Shown here: positions 39,264-53,739 of the stretch, one piece after another | Position numbering within the stretch: the first letter of the stretch is position 1 | Layout: every line of letters starts with the position of its first letter | DNA from: Eledone cirrhosa | Taxonomy: Eukaryota | Assembly (NCBI GenBank): GCA_964016885.1 | Contig: OZ024743.1 | Span: 187,612,001 to 187,676,000, forward strand | Length of the DNA: 64,000 nucleotides | Reading direction: 5' to 3' | The notes under the pieces: generated by a model | Database searches by the model: none | Told to the model about the DNA's origin: nothing | Seen by the model: only the letters and a program-made list of their open reading frames with translations | Made by a program: the position numbers and the translations under genes

Positions 39264-40570
39264 CCGGGAAATGGCCATGTTCAGTGTGTAGGAAAGGCGT
39301 AGGTAGAAACTCCATTTTATGTCCCAAATGCAAAGTATGGGTGCATAAAAGATGTAGTGGGATCACAGGTAAGCTAACTAAGAACATAGATTTTACATGT
39401 GGCCGGTGTTCTGGGGCAATAAGTAGCAGCAAGTGCCCACAAAATACTAGCTCTTTCAATTGCGCAGAGGGTTCTATAGAAATAGTGGATATCTTTCGTT
39501 ACCTGGGTGACAAAATCAGCAGTGGGGGAGGGTGCTCTGAAAGTACAGTAGCTAGAGTCAGAACTGGATGGAAAAAGTTCAGAGAGCTTATACCACTATT
39601 AGCCACTAAAGGGTTCTCACTAAAAATGAAAGGCAGGTTGTATGATGCCTGCATACGAACACCAATGTTGCATGGCAGTGAGACCTGGGCATTGTGTGCA
39701 GAGGATATACGCAGACTAGAGAGGAACGAAGCTTGCATGCTCCGCTGGATGTGTAATAGTAATATACGTGAACGGCAAAGCATAAGCGAACTAAGGAAAA
39801 ATTAGAAATAAGAGGGATCAGATGTTGTTTACTCGAGAGAAGGCTACGTTGGTATGGTCACGTGATGCGCATGAAAGACGACAGCTGTATAACAAAGTGC
39901 AGGGCAATAAAGATAGACGGTAGCTACGGAGTAGGCAGACCCAGAAAAACCTGGGACGAGCTGATAAATTCCGACCTCACACACTTACACCTCTCCAAGA
40001 CAATGTCACTGGACCGAGACCTTTGGCGGTACTCAGTAATAGAGAAGACTCGCCTTACCTAAATACAAAGTAAAACCTACTACAGTCAGTAGGCATCTCT
40101 AACAAAATACACCCCCGTCCCACCACCCCCACCCCATCCACACCGCCCCTTTCAATGTAAAGTTATGTTGGTGCCACAACATCTAGGCCGAAACAAATGA
40201 GATCATGTAGGTGTCACGACAAAAAAAAACACACACAACCATACTGTAATGTGGCCGTGTAGGCAACACGGTAAAAACCTGCCAGCCCCACACTGTAAAT
40301 GTGGTTGGTGTTAGGAAGGGCATCCAGCTGTAGAAAACCCGCCAGACAGTCCACGCTGTAATGTAGCCGTGTAGGCAACACTGTAAAAACCTCCCAGCCC
40401 CACACTGTAAATGTGGTTGGTGTTAGGAAGGGCATCCAGCTGTAGAAAACCCGCCAGACAGTCCTATGCGAGCAAGACAATCACTCTTGCCTCAAGTGGG
40501 AAAACCCCCGTCCAAACCCATGCAAGCGTTCAACATGGACGTTAAACGATGATGATGATGATGATGATGA
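39264..40570 (+). mobile_element. 5'-truncated RTE LINE (subfamily 2) with 3' UTR and (GAT)n tail
   Basis: KWPCSVCRKG..C.KC..WVHKRC Cys insert, YLGD, WYGHVMR. One-base frameshift near 39800; 112-bp tandem duplication in the UTR (40244-40464). Confidence 0.93.
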
Positions 40571-40596
40571 TATATACACATATGCTGAAGTGTGTA

Positions 40597-40943
40597 AATA
40601 ATTGTTTCTACTGTTGGCACAAGGCCAGCAAATACCTCAGTGCATTACTGGTGCATTATTTTATTGACCCTGTAAGGATGAAAGGCAAAGTTAACCTCGG
40701 CAGGATTTGAACTCAGATAAAAAAGGGACGTAACTCTATGGTGCAAAGCATGGTGCCTGACACTCTACCAATACTGCCAATCCACCACTGATGTGTGTAA
40801 ATAATTGTTTCTATTTTAGGCACAAGGCCAGCAATTACCCAGTACATTACTGGTACTTTATTTTATCGACCCCGTAAGGATGAAAGGCAAAGTTAACCTC
40901 GGCGGGATTTGAACTCAGATCATAAAGGGACGTAACTCTATGC
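40597..40943 (-). mobile_element. Two tandem SINE family A copies
   Basis: 40597-40788 (full) and 40799-40943 (truncated), each preceded by gtgtgtaaataatt. Confidence 0.87.
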
Positions 40944-41569
40944 TTGTAAATAATAATGTCTAGTTATGTGGTATTGGTATATTTATCATTTTGTATGTAT
41001 AAGTCTACTGTAAAGGTTTTGGCATTGTGGTTGATGTATTAGCATTGTGTAATGGGGTGGTTCTCAGTGTTTGGTAGATAGTTTACGTTCTGTGTATGTG
41101 TCATTAGATTTGTATTGTGGCTGCCTTGTGTTTAATCTCATTTGTTATTGCAGAAGAGTGTAAATATTGATGTCTAGTTATGTAGTGTTTATTCTTATGT
41201 ATCTGTTAGTCTACAGAAATGGTTTTGGCATTGTGGTTGGTTTATTTATGTATTGTTGTATAGAGATTTATTATAGTAGGGTGATTTTCATTTAGGCATC
41301 ATTCATGAATTTGAGTGTGTACTTAGTTTGCTGTGTTGGTGCATGTAATATAACTAATATGGGTTATTGATTTGATGTGTGTGAGTGTACATAATAGTAA
41401 CAAGTATATTGCTCTATGGGGTCAGGTACAAGTTTATGATTGAGGTGTATTTTGTATATTCTATGTCTACAGAGACCATAAATATATTCCTTATTAATGA
41501 ACCACTTTTGAACAAACTGAACTTGTTACATCCTGTAGACACAGAATATATACAACAACCATAAAACCA

Positions 41570-42420
41570 TACATGAGTCCATAGGAGCCATATCTAGAGA
41601 GTAGGGAACCTCGAAAACTTGAAAATTAACTTTCTTTGTCAAGAAACGTTAATTCTGCTGTGATGAATGATCTGCAGCAATGTCATGATGTTGCTGCCAG
41701 TTTTGTGATGCCCACAGATCTGTCCCTTATGTCACACTGCATAATAGTATTTCTTTGTAATTGTTTGTCCATATGGTGTATGTTTGTGATGTGGAATGCC
41801 TCACTACATGAAGAAAACAATGAGCATTACTTTGATATGCTTCATATCTAGTGTGCTTGTTTGAGCTTTTGTAATGTTGGATGCTTCCACTGTGATGACT
41901 GTGCTTTGGCTTCCGCATCCGCATATTACCTTTATTCCCATGTCTCATCTCCAGTGATATTAGTAATTATGAGCTCAGGATCCTTGTTGGCAATATCCAG
42001 CAGATACTGCATGACTTCAAAATGATCCTGGTATTCTTGAGAAGGCAGCAAAGGCACACATTTTTCAACTGCTCTTTGCATGGCTAAATCCTCTTTTAAA
42101 ATTGAATGAGCAAAATAATTGCTGATCACAGACTCATCCCCGAATTCCTGGGTGTCAAATGAGAATTCTCCTTTATCAAGCTCAGCACATTCTCAATATC
42201 AACTACTTTACATCTTGCTAACAGCCCTCTGGAATACTGATCACTCTTCAAGAATGTGTGACCATTTTTGCTATAGGTAAAATCCTATAGCATTATAATC
42301 AAATGCCTGTTGAATGTTTTGAATTGTTTCTATTTAAGTGTGTTCAAGATTTTGGCAAAACTTGATGCAAGATCATTGTACCATAAGTTCCATCATCACG
42401 GGCAAAATAAAATACTGGCT
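41570..42420 (-). pseudogene. Mariner transposase remnant
   Basis: Minus: CIKFCQ.L....ETI..IQQAF (HTH start), KCVPLL, ITGDETW, WQQHHD.A..H. Confidence 0.82.
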
Positions 42421-42798
42421 GTGACTGATACATCTGATATCAACAAACGTCATGCTTTTTATTGCAACACCTACACAAACACCTTATAGAGTAGAATGGG
42501 CAGTTTTTGTCATGATCTTTATATGGCCACTTTACAATGTGGGCTGAGTGGTTTTATTGTGGCACCAAAACAATCACTTTAATGTGTGGACTGGGGGGTG
42601 TGATGGGGGTGTGGGAGGTGCATGGAGATTAGAGAAGTAGATCTAGATTGGGGCATATATCTGGTGAAGAGTGGAGTATGAATGAAGGGTGGGATGCTAG
42701 AACGTGAGTGGAGTATTAGGACATTATCACATAGGTGTATATGGAAGGGTGAGGGGGAGTTAAGAGAAAGTGGTGCTTACTAGATGTATGCTTCAGCC

Positions 42799-42944
42799 TT
42801 TTATTAAGGCTAAATAGTCAGTCTTGTTTCTATGGAATTTTTCCTGTTTATCTGAGGGTCATCAGACAAGTTCTTGTCTGATGACCTTATGATAAACAGG
42901 TGAAATGCAAGAGTAACAAAATACACTATTTAGCCTTATTAAAA
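42799..42944. repeat. Short fold-back palindrome of a hammerhead-like unit
   Basis: Centre cagacaag-tt-cttgtctg. The right arm reads ttgt CTGATGA cct..agg t GAAA tgcaagag TA acaa (42874-42918); the left arm is a decayed mirror. Confidence 0.7.
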
Positions 42945-43100
42945 TGAATATATACATACATAAATACATATATATATATATAACCAAAATTAAATTAAGG
43001 GTGTCATGTCTGAGAGACATGCACCATACCCTCTGTAGAATATGCTCAAAGATTCCAAGGAATAGATCCGAGCATTTATATCAACTAGAAATCGATTGAC

Positions 43101-43938
<838 letters not shown>

Positions 43939-44067
43939 ATATATATAAAATAAACATATCAAACAATCATAGGGGATAATTTGTAAAGAGTATAATCACA
44001 CACAGGTAGGTAACTAATTAAAGTTTAACTAGAACTTCAAATATAGATACCTTTTAAAAATGATTAA

Positions 44068-44160
44068 TCTCCTTTGTAAATATTTCATTAAATAAAGAAA
44101 TATATTTCACCATCAATCGGTAAATCACAGTAGTCAAATCCGGATCGTCAGCAAAGGAGA
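44068..44160 (-). ncRNA. Type I hammerhead ribozyme motif; partial inverted copy at 44280-44420
   Basis: Minus: tctcctttg CTGACGA tcc...ggt GAAA tatatttc..gaaatatt TA caaaggaga. 9-bp stem I; stem III is 8/8 in the inverted copy. Confidence 0.75.
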
Positions 44161-44550
44161 AGATTTAACTATCTGTGTTTACACAGCAAATTCAAATCTG
44201 TGGATAGGATTATTGACTGCTATAATAGCAGCCGAGTCCATTCAACTGAGTTAGCTCTACAATTAAGGAGTCGTATATATTGACTACTGTGATTTACCGA
44301 TTGATGGTGAAATATATTTCTTTATTTAATGAAATATATACAAAAGAGATTACCTACCTAGCTGTGTGTGATTACACTCTTTACAAATTATCCCCTGTGA
44401 ATGTTTGATATGTTTATTTTAACTATATATATATATATATATATATTATTATAAATGATAGCTTACATTTATAATAATTTCAAACCCTCTCGCTGTTTCG
44501 AAAATATTCTTACTATATATATATATATGTATGTCAATAGATTTCTAGTT

Positions 44551-44592
<42 letters not shown>

Positions 44593-44679
44593 ATAATTTT
44601 TTTCATTTCTGCTTCTACCCACTCTCCTCTATCTTTCTATTTCTTTGATTTCTTATTCTATTTTCTGATGAAGGACTAG

Positions 44680-45400
44680 CATCCAGCACCGCCTTGCTTG
44701 TAATCATGCGGCCTCCAAACCCCACAGTGGTGCCTGGCTCCATGCCCTGCCCTCCTTCTCCACTGGCACGCAGCTAGACAACCATAGCCTGCGCATTGCC
44801 ATTTCCCTGAAGCTCGGCCTCCGGATCTGCCAGCCACACCAATGTTGCTGCAGTTCCACCGTGGACTCTTTCAGCCTCCACTCGCTTTCCTGTCACCACA
44901 GTGCTGGCCACATTCCACGCCTTGCTGCCTTCAACGAGGACACTGCAGACTTCTCTTCCCAGCTCGAGCCGGTGGGGATGGATCGAGGGGACAGCAAAAG
45001 GCCAGATGGCATGACCATCTTCCTATTCCGCAGTGGCAAACCCCTCGTCTGGGATGCCACTTGCACCGACACTTTCTGCAGCCGCAACCTGGTGCAGTCT
45101 GTGACTGACCAAGGTTCTGCTGCACGTCGGGCTGAGGGGTCCAAACTCCTCAAATACCGGTCGCTCTCCGACAGGTTTGCGGTTGTATCCCTGGCAGTGG
45201 AGACTTCTGGTGTCCTTGGTCCCAGGGCTACCTCCTTACTCACCGACATAGGCGCTGAGCTGGCCAGCCGCAGGTGTGAGCCCCGCAAGTTGGAGTGGCT
45301 TTTCCAGCACTCTCCCTTGCCGTCCTCCGAGAAAATGCTTTCTCCGTTCTGTCCACCGGGGCTGTAGGTGGGCCCCATCGCATACCGTTGTAGTTGTTGT
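44680..45400 (+). mobile_element. GC-rich 3' fragment of a CRE-like non-LTR retrotransposon (zinc knuckle + restriction-like endonuclease)
   Basis: SGAWLHALP...LKLG, C..C.C....D....H.LSC, RPDG.T...WDATC.DT, AE..K..KY, AVETSG..G, WLFQ.LSLAV.R.NA. Confidence 0.82.
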
Positions 45401-45619
45401 ATACAGATACTAACTCATCAATTCCATTGTCCTAATCCAAAAGCATATATACAGAATCAATGGAACGTTATAGTTTAGAACATAATGACTATCTTCCTAC
45501 TATATCAAGCGTGGAACTAGTAATATATTTCTTCATACTGTGTCACTGTTTTTGTTTGCCTTTCGCATACATACACACACACACACACACACACACAGAT
45601 ATACATATATATATATATA

Positions 45620-45954
45620 TGAAGGCACATGGCTTAGTATTTAGAGCATTGGCCTTGCAATTGAAAGGTTGAGTTGAATTCTCAGACCGGGTGATGTGTT
45701 GTTTCCTTGAGCAAGACACTTTATTTCACATTGCTCCAGTTTACTCAGCTGTATAAATGAGATGATAGGGACTGGGGTCCCTATCATTCCACTGCAAAGT
45801 GATTGTGAGGTGCCACGGCAACAAAGCACCCAGCACTCACTGTAAATGAGGTTGGTGTTAGGAAGGGCATCCAGCTGTAGAAATCAAGCCAGAATCAGTT
45901 CCCGTCCCACCGTTGCAAGCAGGGAAAAGCGGATGTAAAATGATGATGATGATG
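45620..45954 (+). mobile_element. Full-length SINE family B
   Basis: Close paralogue of 43591-43938. Confidence 0.9.
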
Positions 45955-46102
45955 AAAAAAAATATATATATATTCTAGCTTTCACTGTATTGAAAAATAC
46001 GGTGAAAGCTATTCTATTTTCTATTTTCAAACCTGCTCACTGTTTCAAAACATACTTACTTGTCATATATATATATTCATTTTATGTTCGCTTTTCCATG
46101 CT

Positions 46103-46153
<51 letters not shown>

Positions 46154-47036
46154 GTATATATGCATTTGTGTGTGTGTGTATGTGTGTATATATGTGTGTA
46201 TATGTTTGTATATGTGTGTATACAAGTGTATGTGTATCAATATATGTATGTGTGTATATATATATATGTGTGTGTATGTATTTACATTTCTTTATATTTT
46301 CAGTAGATGCGTTAGAGAAGGAAAATTTGCTTTTCTTTAGCTGTGGTCATTAATCTTTATTGGCTAAAATGTCTAAAGATCTCATATGATAGTTCATTAG
46401 AAAGCTATATAAAAGGAATCTTTTAGAATTGCAGAAAAGCTTTTCACAAACAACAAGTCTGTTGGGTGTAGGTAGTAATCTAGGAAAACAAAAACTTATC
46501 AGGCAAGCTTATCATAGCTCATCCATTGATTGAATATGACTTTAGGCTAGCTCTATGGTTATTCATTCAAGTGGGCAGCTATTCATGATTTAATTTAACA
46601 TAACAATGCTGATTTAAAGGCTAGTCACCAAATCATCCTTGAGCAAGATAACTTCTCAGTTAAATGTTTGGGGTTTTACAAACAAGAGACTATGTATAGT
46701 GTGTGTATATATGTAAATATATATACAAATATACAATATGTATATATGTGTGTATGTGTGTGGTTTTGTGTTTGCCTAATGGAAATCTCTTATTATTCTG
46801 ATGTTCCTACTTATTACTTTGAGAATGAATATCTTATCTGAAATGTATCGAGATTAATAAATATCGCCAATCTAACATCCAGCTTCTCCCGTTTGTTGTT
46901 TTTCATTCCCTTCTATTACTCATTTTTATGTTGTTTTTCCTTACCTGGCCTTCTTCAATATTCAGAATCTCCTTTCTATTGTCTCTTATTATATTGTCAT
47001 GCTCTACATTCTGGATACACATCTTAGAATCAGACA

Positions 47037-47208
47037 AATAATTGTTTCTACTTTTGGCACAAGGCCAGTGTATTACTGGTACTTTATTTTATCGACTCCG
47101 TAAGGATGAAAGGCAAAGTTAACTTCGGCAGGATTTGAACTCAGATTGGAAAGGGCCGTAACTCTATGCATCAAGGCATTGCGTCCGACCCTCTACCGAT
47201 ACTGCCAA
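47037..47208 (-). mobile_element. SINE family A
   Basis: Consensus match with a small deletion. Confidence 0.85.
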
Positions 47209-48473
47209 ATATGATTTTTGTAGCAGCTGATTAATTTGGTGTTGTTATTTTGTCCCTAGTTAAATCCTATCTGAGCAGGTTTTCTAGCCCTGATCATGTC
47301 TTCATTTGTTGTATCCAGGACTATATTATTATTATTTCTTTTTTAACTCTTTCATAATGGTATTTCTTATATTCTATTTTAATTAATTAATGAAATATTT
47401 TGTGAGATTTACTAAAATAATTAATTATCATGTCACTTATAAAATTAATTAATTATCATGTCTCATATAAAATTATGTTGGAAGATTTTAATTTAAATGT
47501 GGGCCCTTAAAACGGCGTTGATTTTGGTTGAGTTGATATCAAAATTTTATGACTATAGGTTGTGATTTGACGGAGATTTGGCTTCTAATTTTAGCATCAA
47601 ATTTATATTGTAAATATAAACTCCATAATCTACCTAGCACTCTTATTTTTCATGTTACCCTCAGATCAGCAGCTTTGATCAAAGATACTGATGTTCAGCA
47701 CTTCAGCCATGATTATTATTGTTTTTTTTTTATATATATCTATGATTGCACTGTTAAATATGTTCCCTCTTTTTTGAAGATGGGTGTTTTTTTAAGGAGA
47801 TCTGGCTGTTCTTTCTTGCTGGTCGATTAACTACACCTACTTCACCTCTATCTATTTGAAAATGAAGTTTTTTTGTTTATATAATATGGAAGTGCATGTG
47901 TGTGAGGGATAAATCATAGAAACAATAAGGATAAGGTTTACATTGATGAGTGCTTATGTAGACAGAATGGTAATAGTTCAATTTTAAAGCAATTTTTAAA
48001 ATGTGTTATCCATCAAGTATATTCAATTTTGAATTTTTATTTTTTTTCAGACACATAGTATTAAAGGATACTCAGTCAGTTTTCACAATTAGCATTCAGT
48101 TGTCTGGTTTGCTTGACATCCAACTCATTAAATTAAAAATCAAGTGATTAAGTACCATAAATCTAATTCCCAAGCCAAATAAACTTGACAACAATACAAT
48201 TACATGATCAGCCCATTGAGTTCCAGATGTAATCCATTCCTTGGGCTTTTACCAAGTTGCCACCTACATAGATTCACTTACAAGGCATGAGAGAAATCGA
48301 AGGTTATCAGATACACCTATCTTAAATATCTACCCTTAGGTGATGATTGCACTTCTCAGAAGAGAAGGGGAGACAATCAATTGAACTTTTACGTCAAAAC
48401 CTAACATTTGTATAAGAAATGAATATAACATTATACAATTTGTTTAGATAGGTGCCTGAATTATATGTAATTA

Positions 48474-48647
48474 CTAGACCACCTGTGACCTATTGGGTCA
48501 CATTCACTTTAAAATATTCTTTTTAAAATCATGTTCACTTAAAAATAATTTTTAAATAATTAAAACAACACAGACATGTATATAAAGTAAAATGAAATTG
48601 GAAGGCCCATATATATATATGTGTGTGTATACATATATATATGTGTG

Positions 48648-48679
<32 letters not shown>

Positions 48680-48908
48680 CCTGTGTCTGTGACCTACATA
48701 CACTGGTCACAAACATACACACACATATATACACATAAACTTAGAAAACCTTCCTATTTAGCAGGAAATATTCGCTATACACATCCTGTCCTAACACATG
48801 TTATATGATAAATATGACTTAATATTCAGTCACAAAATTTTAGCTAAATACGGTAATGCTGTATTCCATTATTTGAAATCACCTGTTACAATTTCAATCA
48901 ACACTATC

Positions 48909-48980
<72 letters not shown>

Positions 48981-49264
48981 TTCTCGGTCTCCTTCTCTCT
49001 TTCTCTCTCTCGCCCCCTCCCCTCTCTCTTTCAATCTACTCTTTCACAACCACTATCTCTTTTTCTCTATCTTTCTCTGTCTCTATTTATGAAGGTACTC
49101 GGAAAAACCCTATATCTCAGGAACCCATGCTCCGATTTACATGAAAATTGTTTTATTCCGTTTGTATTCCTATTTCAGTGTCAACTTTCTTTCAAAGTAT
49201 TTTCTAAGTTTTGGCTGTATTAAATTACAGACAAACACACGATCACAAAGTTTTAGTAGTATAT
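48474..49264 (-). mobile_element. Non-autonomous Helitron-like element containing microsatellites
   Basis: Minus end gtgacc-caata-ggtcac hairpin then CTAG|T; start resembles (TC)TATACTACTAAAA. Confidence 0.6.
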
Positions 49265-51165
49265 TCTTTATTATCTATTTATTTCATATTGTGTTTATTG
49301 ATTTCTTTATTAACTTATATATTTTTGTACATGTATAATATCGTTGAGGAAGTTCAAGGATTCCATGAAGTGATCTATTGTCGAAAATGTTTGGAGGACC
49401 CTGACATAGATATTTGTCAAAATGCTGCGCAGTGGGAATGAACTCAGGATTTTATGATTGCAAAATAAACTTCTTAGACATTTGACCATGATTGTGAACA
49501 TATTATTTCACAACATATCATAATATATCATGGTTGTTTTGTCTGCTAGAAATAGCAGCTAATTAACCCTCAAATCACATCTTACTGGCTTTGCAAGGAA
49601 AACCATTTGTTCCTGAGGATTCAAGGGTAACTTGGTTGCAATCATCTGGTCAACAGTCAGTGAAACAATTGTTAAGTGAGGCAATCAATTTGTGTCATAT
49701 ATTTATTTATGAAATGAAACAATAAATAACAATAAATAACAATAAAAAGAGATATCACTTTACTAGTGAAAGGATTGTTAGTTAATCTCAGGAAAATGAA
49801 GAAAAATAATAAAACATGCAAAACTGGCCTAGGCGGGCACCACACACACACACATACCTATGTACCTGTGTGTGTATCTCATTACTATATTGTCCCAAAC
49901 TTCCTCATTGTCGATTTAACCTGGTGAGTGCTAACGGATCTTTCTAGCACATAAGATAATCACTTAATGTCCACCTTTACCTGCCTTTTGTGACCGCTGT
50001 ATCATGTGTTAATTTCTCTTTCTGCCTCTCGAGAATTATTCACGTTATGATTGGGTCAAGAAACAGTCCACTAACTGATGGATCTCTTGATAAACCTTAT
50101 TAACCTCACAGAGATGGTGCATTTCTATAGTGCATGATTGTTGCAAACTAATTCGGGAAAACCTCAAAAACTTTGAAGAAAAAATAGGTATATTTCTGTC
50201 TATCATTTCCTCACATTTTTAATTTGATATATATATTTATTCACACACAGACACACACGCACACACACACACATACATATAGTTTAGAAACCTTATTCAA
50301 ACTTCGGGCTTAAAGTTGTCTACTATTGATTTGAGAAGCCATTTTTTCTCCCCTAAATTTTTTCTTTCTTTAGTCATGATTAGATTCAACAGGAATTTCT
50401 CTCAACTTCATCTATATCATTCAAAGATGAAAAGACTGACATTAAATAAAAACTATTCAGTCAAGAAAGGCTTGATGTAAAATTAAAATTGAAAATGAGA
50501 ATTTTCAGCCTGATCAGCCAAACTGGAGGTTTTAGATTTCAAGATTTTCCTATTGATCTCTGGGTACAGGCATATGCATTAACATTGGATAGTTAAAAAC
50601 ACTGTAATTATTCTTGCCAAACCTTAGAGTAAGTGGTATTATCTTGCTGCTTACTAAACACAACAAAATGACAAAGATGGCTTTTCTCAGTGCCAATTTT
50701 TATGTTGTTTGTTTAAGAGTACAACATTGTAGTTTATTAGATTGGCATGAAGCCTAAAGTTTTAAATATGTGTGTCTGTGTATATGTGTGTATAAGATGG
50801 TGGAGCATTTTAAAACTCATTCTTTACTTAAGGGCATTAGCAACATAAATGAAGTAAAGTGATTCCAAATAAGAATGAAACTGGGTTATTTGGTCGAGAC
50901 ATTTTAACCCTTTTGATTGCAGTGATGTTTTCATATTCTGATAGAAAAAGTCCCAGTAAGACCAGTGAAGAATTTTCTGACATTACAGAAATTTGGTACA
51001 AGGGAATCCAGAGACTACTTGGTAGTAGTTGTATTAGTAGTAAGGATTATGAATACTTTATTAACCACATAGAAATACAGTAAACAATATAAATGTTGGA
51101 GTTACAATAGAAATTAGGGCTGGCCATTTAAACTTATATTTTAAAAATAAGGCTAGAGGCAAAGA

Positions 51166-51447
51166 CAGAGGTGTAACTAGGGCATGGAAAGCATCGCATC
51201 TGTAATGGGCGCCACATGGAATAAGGGCATGTTCGATTAAAGTTAAATAAGCCTCGTCGGGGAGTGAAAAAAGAAACTCCTTCAGATGTATGAACTGTCT
51301 CTGATTATCATGAGTGAGAACACTATGGTGGCTGGATCATTAAACCATTTATATAAATTATTAGGCCTATAGGTAAAAATACAGTGCTGCATAGGCGCAC
51401 AATTTCACTGCTTGCCATAGGCCCTATTTTCCCTAGTTATGACTCTG
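51166..51447. mobile_element. hAT-like MITE
   Basis: Imperfect TIRs CAGAGGTGTAACTAGGG / CCCTAGTTATGACTCTG; TSD unclear. Confidence 0.6.
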
Positions 51448-51501
51448 ACAGATTAATTTTGATAAAACATAACATAAGTATAACATTATTAAAACCCACA
51501 C

Positions 51502-51695
51502 AATAATTGTTTCTACTTTTGGCACAAGGCCAGCAATTACCCAGTACATTACTGGTACTTTATTTTATCGACCCCGTAAGGATGAAAGACAAATTTAACC
51601 TCGGCGGGATTTGAACTTTGACCATAAAGGTCCGTAACTCTTTGCTGCAAAGCATGGCATTCGACCCTCTACCGACACTGCCAATCCACCGCCCC
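51502..51695 (-). mobile_element. SINE family A
   Basis: Full length, flanked by a ccacacaataat direct repeat. An older copy lies at 51964-52165. Confidence 0.87.
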
Positions 51696-52834
51696 AATAC
51701 CACACAATAATCAACACAAGATATGGTATAAAATTTAAAACAATTAGGTTTACCTACCTACACACTGGAGGAACCCACTAGTTAAGTCAGATAAGAACAC
51801 CCCATATTCCTGCTCGATTGTTGCATTACATTCTTCCTCGATACCCACTGGACAGAAGTATTTTCTCTCTTCTTATACTTCTTTTGTTGTTAGAAGTAAG
51901 AGTCTATTTATTATTCAAGAACACTTGTTAGCAGCCTAGTGTTGCTGGTTCTGACAACAATAAAAATTGTTTCTACATTTCGGACAAGGCCAGTATTTTG
52001 AAAGGAAGGCAAAAGTCTATTAAACCAACCCCAGTGCATCATTATTTTATCAAGGATGAAAGGCGAAGTTAACCTCGATGGGATTTGAACTCAGAACATA
52101 AAAGGCTATAACCATATGCTGCAAAACGTTGTCAGACACTCTACCGATAGTGTCAATCCCCCACTATCTATTATAATAGTAATAATAATAAAAAAATCAC
52201 TGATCCATTGAAAACTTCCAACAACAGGAAAATACCAGAAATAGACTTAGTCCCTAACGTTTGGTTGAAACAGCTAACCAATACCCACGGAGATGTAACA
52301 GAATGATAAGTAGACCAGAATCAAGACTTATTAATTTGAATAACTCCCCTGATTAGTACTTCTCCCCAATTCCTCCCTTGGCAAAAATTCTTCCCCTTAG
52401 ATCAGAAATCCTCCCACCAATGCCCACTAGGAGCTAAATGCCTCCTGTTTGAAAATGATTGTTCTTTTTTAAGCAGTCACTCATCCAAATAAATCGGTGT
52501 ATGATAATAATATTTCCTCATTTCAGAAATTCAGACCAAATATGTCATGTCACAGGATCTACTGAGTTTTTACCTGTTATGTCCTTATGGATAAACAAAT
52601 ACACTGCAACAGTGTAATAACAATATAATCGAAACAAACGGCAATAACCACACGTAAAGGAACATCATGCTAACTCGAACTATGAAACTTGTACCAACTT
52701 CAGCTATTAACACACGAACTGTGGAACTAGTACCAACCTTCTCACTTTCTCAGGCCACTATTATTTATATGCAGTGGTCCAGCCAATTCTCAGCAGGGGA
52801 ATGTTGTACTCTCGCACAACATTACCATATAAAA

Positions 52835-53120
52835 ATCTAAAGTCTGTCTCAAGTGCAGAGGCTCATCAGGCCAGTGCTCATCCTGGTTTCCAAGGTGTGA
52901 AGTAACTGAGAGTACAAGGCTTCCCCTGGACAGAGTGCTAGTCTATGACTGTGGTAAACTCCCAGCTATTTCCAACATTTTATTTTAGCTGAGTATAATG
53001 GAGCAACATGAAATGAAGTATTTTGTTCAAGAACACAGCACACAGCCCAGTTCAGAAATCGACTCCACAACATTATTATTGTAAATCCAACACCCTTACC
53101 ACTAGACTATGTGGTTCACA
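52835..53120 (-). mobile_element. Old SINE with family-B-like head and core
   Basis: agctgagt...tggagcaacatgaaatgaagt..ttgttcaagaacac is a decayed core. A fragment also lies at 58540-58635. Confidence 0.65.
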
Positions 53121-53739
53121 ACCATCCATCATAACAAAAACAATGGTTTGCAAATAATATACTTACATTTTATAGTACTTCAACATCAAATGCTGTAACC
53201 AGTATTGTGCCTACAACACTATCACTTCTTTAAACAAAATTCAATACATTTTAAAAGATAGGAATTTATATTCTCTCATGCTCTTTCTCAAGTTTATAGC
53301 TAAAACCAATTCCTTAATGGTTTGGCAAAGCACCATTTGACTCCTCATAAATGTTTAATAAATTGAGTAGTTTTAATAGGTTTTTTTCTTTTCTGCTGGC
53401 TGGTCTTTAAAGCATTCAATCAATGAATAAAGTACTTGGAAAGTCTAAGGGAATAAAATAACTGTGAAAACTAATAGAGCTTACAAACTATTGCCAATTC
53501 CGATTAAACAACTCTTTTAATTTCGATAGTCATAAATGTTAACTTGTAACTAAATAGATAGTTTTCAGAACCAATAAATTCGCTGAACCACGTATAATTA
53601 TATTTCGCTAAGCATCATCGCTAAAGTTCAATATCATCACCAATAAGTAGTTTCTATTGTAAATTATACTAGATTTTTCCAGATTTAAGAGCAATTATGA
53701 TTAAATTAGAAATCAAACAGAAAAGGGTAACTTATTATT

